NCBI GenBank assembly: GCA_002269645.1
Contig: NIVC01001111.1
Coordinates: 292,586 to 356,585, forward strand
Reading direction: 5' to 3'
DNA from: Macrostomum lignano
Lineage: Eukaryota
Length of the DNA: 64,000 nt
This document shows, one piece after another, positions 61,701 to 64,000 of this stretch; position 1 is the first letter of the stretch; each line of letters starts with the position of its first letter. The notes beneath the pieces were generated by a model that saw only the letters and a program-made list of their open reading frames with translations, was not told where the DNA came from and ran no database searches. The position numbers and the translations under genes are program-made.

Positions 61701-63436
61701 TAGCCTAGTGAGGGGTTGTAGCCTAGTGAGAGGGTTGTAGCTTAGTGAGGGGTTGTAGCCTAGTGAGGGGTTGTAGCTAGTGAGGGGTTGTAGCCTAGTG
61801 AGGGTTGTAGCCTAGTGAGAGGGTTGTAGCCTAGTGAGGGGGTTGTAGCCTAGTGAGGGGGTTGTAGCCTAGTGAGAGGTTGTCGGGGGGGGTTGTCGTG
61901 CGATTCACAGGCATGAGGGCCAACCCAAAGGCACAGAGATGTACATGCCTTACGATTAGAAAGTCAGGGCTGCTATACACACTGTGTAAGCATGTGTATC
62001 AGTGCGTGCTTGTGTACAGTATTGGCGCGCTTGTACGTTCTCAGGAGTCAGCGGAACGGGCAGAATTGCTGTCCCAGAATTGGGCCTCCTGAGATTACTG
62101 TTCCGGGTATATTATTCCTTATCTGATCCCATATCGATCCTCATTATCTGATCCCTATCGATCCCCATTATTTGATCCCATATCGATCCTCATTATCTGA
62201 TCCCCTATCGATCCCCATTATTTGATCCCATATCGATCCACATTATCTGATCCCATATCGATTTCTATTTTATTAATTTGTGATCCTTAAATCTAAGTTA
62301 TATGAATTATGGTATCTGTGTATTGAGGCAGCTCTATCATTCAGCCACAAAATGTCCGAATCAACAGGGCAAGGACGGTCGCACTTATCACCTGGCCTCA
62401 CACCTGCCGGCATTTTGGTTTACGATAGGCAAGAAAAAATGGACTATTCTTCTGGTGAGCAGACAATTTGCAATGCTTTTTAATGCACTTTTACGCCAAA
62501 TTAATTAATTTTTAGTCCTTCTTGTTAAACCTTTATTCAATATTTTTATTTGCTCCGCTTCTAGGCCGCGGATTATCAAGATCGATTTCAATCGGAGTAA
62601 ACTGAAAATTGTGGTCACCGAGGACGACAATCAGGTTGGATTTCGCTTTCAGTTTGACATTCCTCAGGATTATGGCTTACTGTTCGAAGAATCTTCTTTG
62701 AAGCATTTATTATTTGCTCTAATCCTCATTTGAGGTATTTAATCCCCTCAAATCCTCATTTGAGGCATTTAATTCATTGTAATCCTCATTTGAAGCATTT
62801 AATCATCTCTCTAATCCTCATTTTTAGGCATTTAATCCCCTCTAATCCTCATTTGAGGCATTAAATCCCCCTAATCCTCATTTGAGGCATTTAATTCATT
62901 GTAATCCTCATTTGAAGCATTTAATCATCTCTCTAATCCTCATTTTTAGGCATTTAATCTCCTCTAATCCTCGATCTAAGCATTTAATTCCTGCCATTCC
63001 TCAGTTAAAGCATTTAATCCCCCCTATCCCTAATATCAGTAAGCGTCTCCCACCCGCAGGGAGCCCAGCAAGATCACGTGTTTGTATTCAACCTGGCCGA
63101 CACGCAGTCCTGCAAGCACCTGTGGCGCTGCGCTGTTGAGCACCATTCGTTCTTTCGCCTAGTTGAGACCCGGGCGCCGCCAACCAAAGCCAAGCAGCTG
63201 CTGCGAATGCGGTCCAGGTTCTACCACAGCTTCCGCACCGAGTCCGGCCTGGTCAGGGAGCGCCAGTTCGGCACCAGCCAGCGCCGGTCGGCCAGATTCG
63301 AACGGCGACCGTCGACGCGGCACAGCACCAGGCCCAGCTTTGCCAGGGCCGACGCTGAGAGGCGATTCGCCAGGGCGCAGGAGCGGCAGGAGGCCAAGTT
63401 GGCCACGCTGGAGCGGGTCAAGGCCGAGGAGGACGG
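55736..63436 (+). CDS. EPB41L5: FERM + FERM-adjacent protein, EPB41L5/Yurt-like, 3' end outside window, with three 1-nt frameshifts; exons 55736-55858, 56344-56503, 57285-57365, 57461-57561, 58435-58561, 58651-58738, 62368-62454, 62565-62634, 63060-63436
   Basis: HDYFALQF..HWLDPTK, GPPFTFRFLVKFYS, YLFVLQL, YGVDMH, PRIIKIDF..VVTEDD, SCKHLWRCAVEHHSFFRL and FA-domain SRF..FERRPS match the EPB41L5/EPB41L4B/Yurt subfamily. Confidence 0.9.
56665..57215. repeat. ~16-17 bp minisatellite (CCATGACCCAAACTGT) in FERM intron 2
   Basis: Direct inspection. Confidence 0.95.
57750..58195. repeat. ~30-bp minisatellite (AAAAGTACACTGAAAGTCTGGAGGATTAGC) in FERM intron 4
   Basis: Direct inspection. Confidence 0.94.
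58845..59755. repeat. 23-bp minisatellite (CCATAATTGAGTCATGAACTGTT), ~40 units, FERM intron 6
   Basis: Direct inspection. Confidence 0.97.
60258..61880. repeat. 18-19 bp minisatellite (GGGGTTGTAGCCTAGTGA), roughly 85 units, FERM intron 6
   Basis: Direct inspection; unit matches the SINE head at 51239-51254. Confidence 0.97.
61885..62090 (+). mobile_element. SINE family A body without tRNA head
   Basis: GGGTTGTCGTGCGATTCACAGGCATGAGGGCCAACCC..GTACATGCC..GTCAGGGCTGCTATACAC; colinear with 265-365 and 34245-34430. Confidence 0.82.
62112..62262. repeat. ~22-bp repeat (GATCCCATATCGATCCTCATTATCT-like)
   Basis: Direct inspection. Confidence 0.88.
62718..63000. repeat. ~30-bp repeat (AATCCTCATTTGAGGCATTTAATC..) in FERM intron 8
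   Basis: Direct inspection. Confidence 0.88.
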
Positions 63437-63459
63437 GTGAGCGGCGGCGGGGAGAGGGT

Positions 63460-64000
63460 GAAGCTGACGGGGTGACTGGATGACAGGGTGAAGCTGACAG
63501 GATGACAGGGTGAAGCTGACAAGATGACAGGGTGAAGCTGACAGGATGACAGGGTGAAGCTGACGGGGTGACTGGATGACAGGGTGAAGCTGACAGGATG
63601 ACAGGGTGAAGCTGTCAGGATGACAGGGTGAAGCTGACAGGATGACAGGGTGAAGCTGACAGGATGACAGGGTGAAGCTGGCGGGGTGACTGGATGACAG
63701 GGTGAAGCTGACAGGATGACAGGGTGAAGCTGGCGGGGTGACTGGATGACAGGGTGAAGCTGACAGGATGACAGGGTGAAGCTGACAGGATGACAGGGTG
63801 AAGCTGACAGGATGACAGGGTGAAGCTGACGGGTGACAGAGTGAAGCTGGCGGGGTGACTGATGACAGGGTGAAGCTGACAGGATGACAGGGTGAAGCTG
63901 ACAGGATGACAGGGTGAAGCTGACAGGATGACAGGGTGAAGCTGACAGGATGACAGGGTGAAGCTGACAGGATGACAGGGTGGAGCTGACAGGATGACAG
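63460..64000. repeat. 22-bp minisatellite (GACAGGGTGAAGCTGACAGGAT) in FERM intron 9, runs off window
   Basis: Starts ~20 nt after the donor at 63437. Confidence 0.96.

Overview
Eukaryotic (metazoan) genomic DNA with GT-AG introns; no prokaryotic features, rRNA, true tRNA or CRISPR array seen. The style (GC-rich exons, introns packed with locus-specific minisatellites, tRNA-derived SINEs) suggests a Macrostomum-type free-living flatworm, but that is inference. Eight spliced protein-coding genes were reconstructed by hand: a BTB/POZ protein (5' end outside the window), a vWA + DUF4537 (VWA3B/C11orf16-like) protein, a calmodulin-like protein, an orphan minus-strand gene, a divergent BNIP3/NIX homolog, an NDR (STK38/tricornered) kinase, a 7-repeat protocadherin, and an EPB41L5/Yurt-like FERM protein (3' end outside the window, three 1-nt frameshifts). 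Mobile DNA: an intact, very young Mag-type Ty3/Gypsy LTR retrotransposon (identical 196-bp LTRs, 5-bp TSD), a 5'-inverted LINE copy with a 13-bp TSD, an RTE fragment, a hAT-like MITE, about 10 copies of a tRNA-headed SINE with a conserved covarying hairpin, and 2 Meta-type SINEs. About 30 tandem arrays are present, most in introns and often starting at or next to splice sites. The most unusual observations: a ~1.6-kb array built from a SINE Pol III A-box and fused to another SINE's body; in-frame tandem-duplicated splice donors in the protocadherin; the twin-priming-like LINE; and sharply CpG-depleted 5' gene-body domains. Coordinates of repeats and SINE ends are approximate; gene models are manual and need RNA support.
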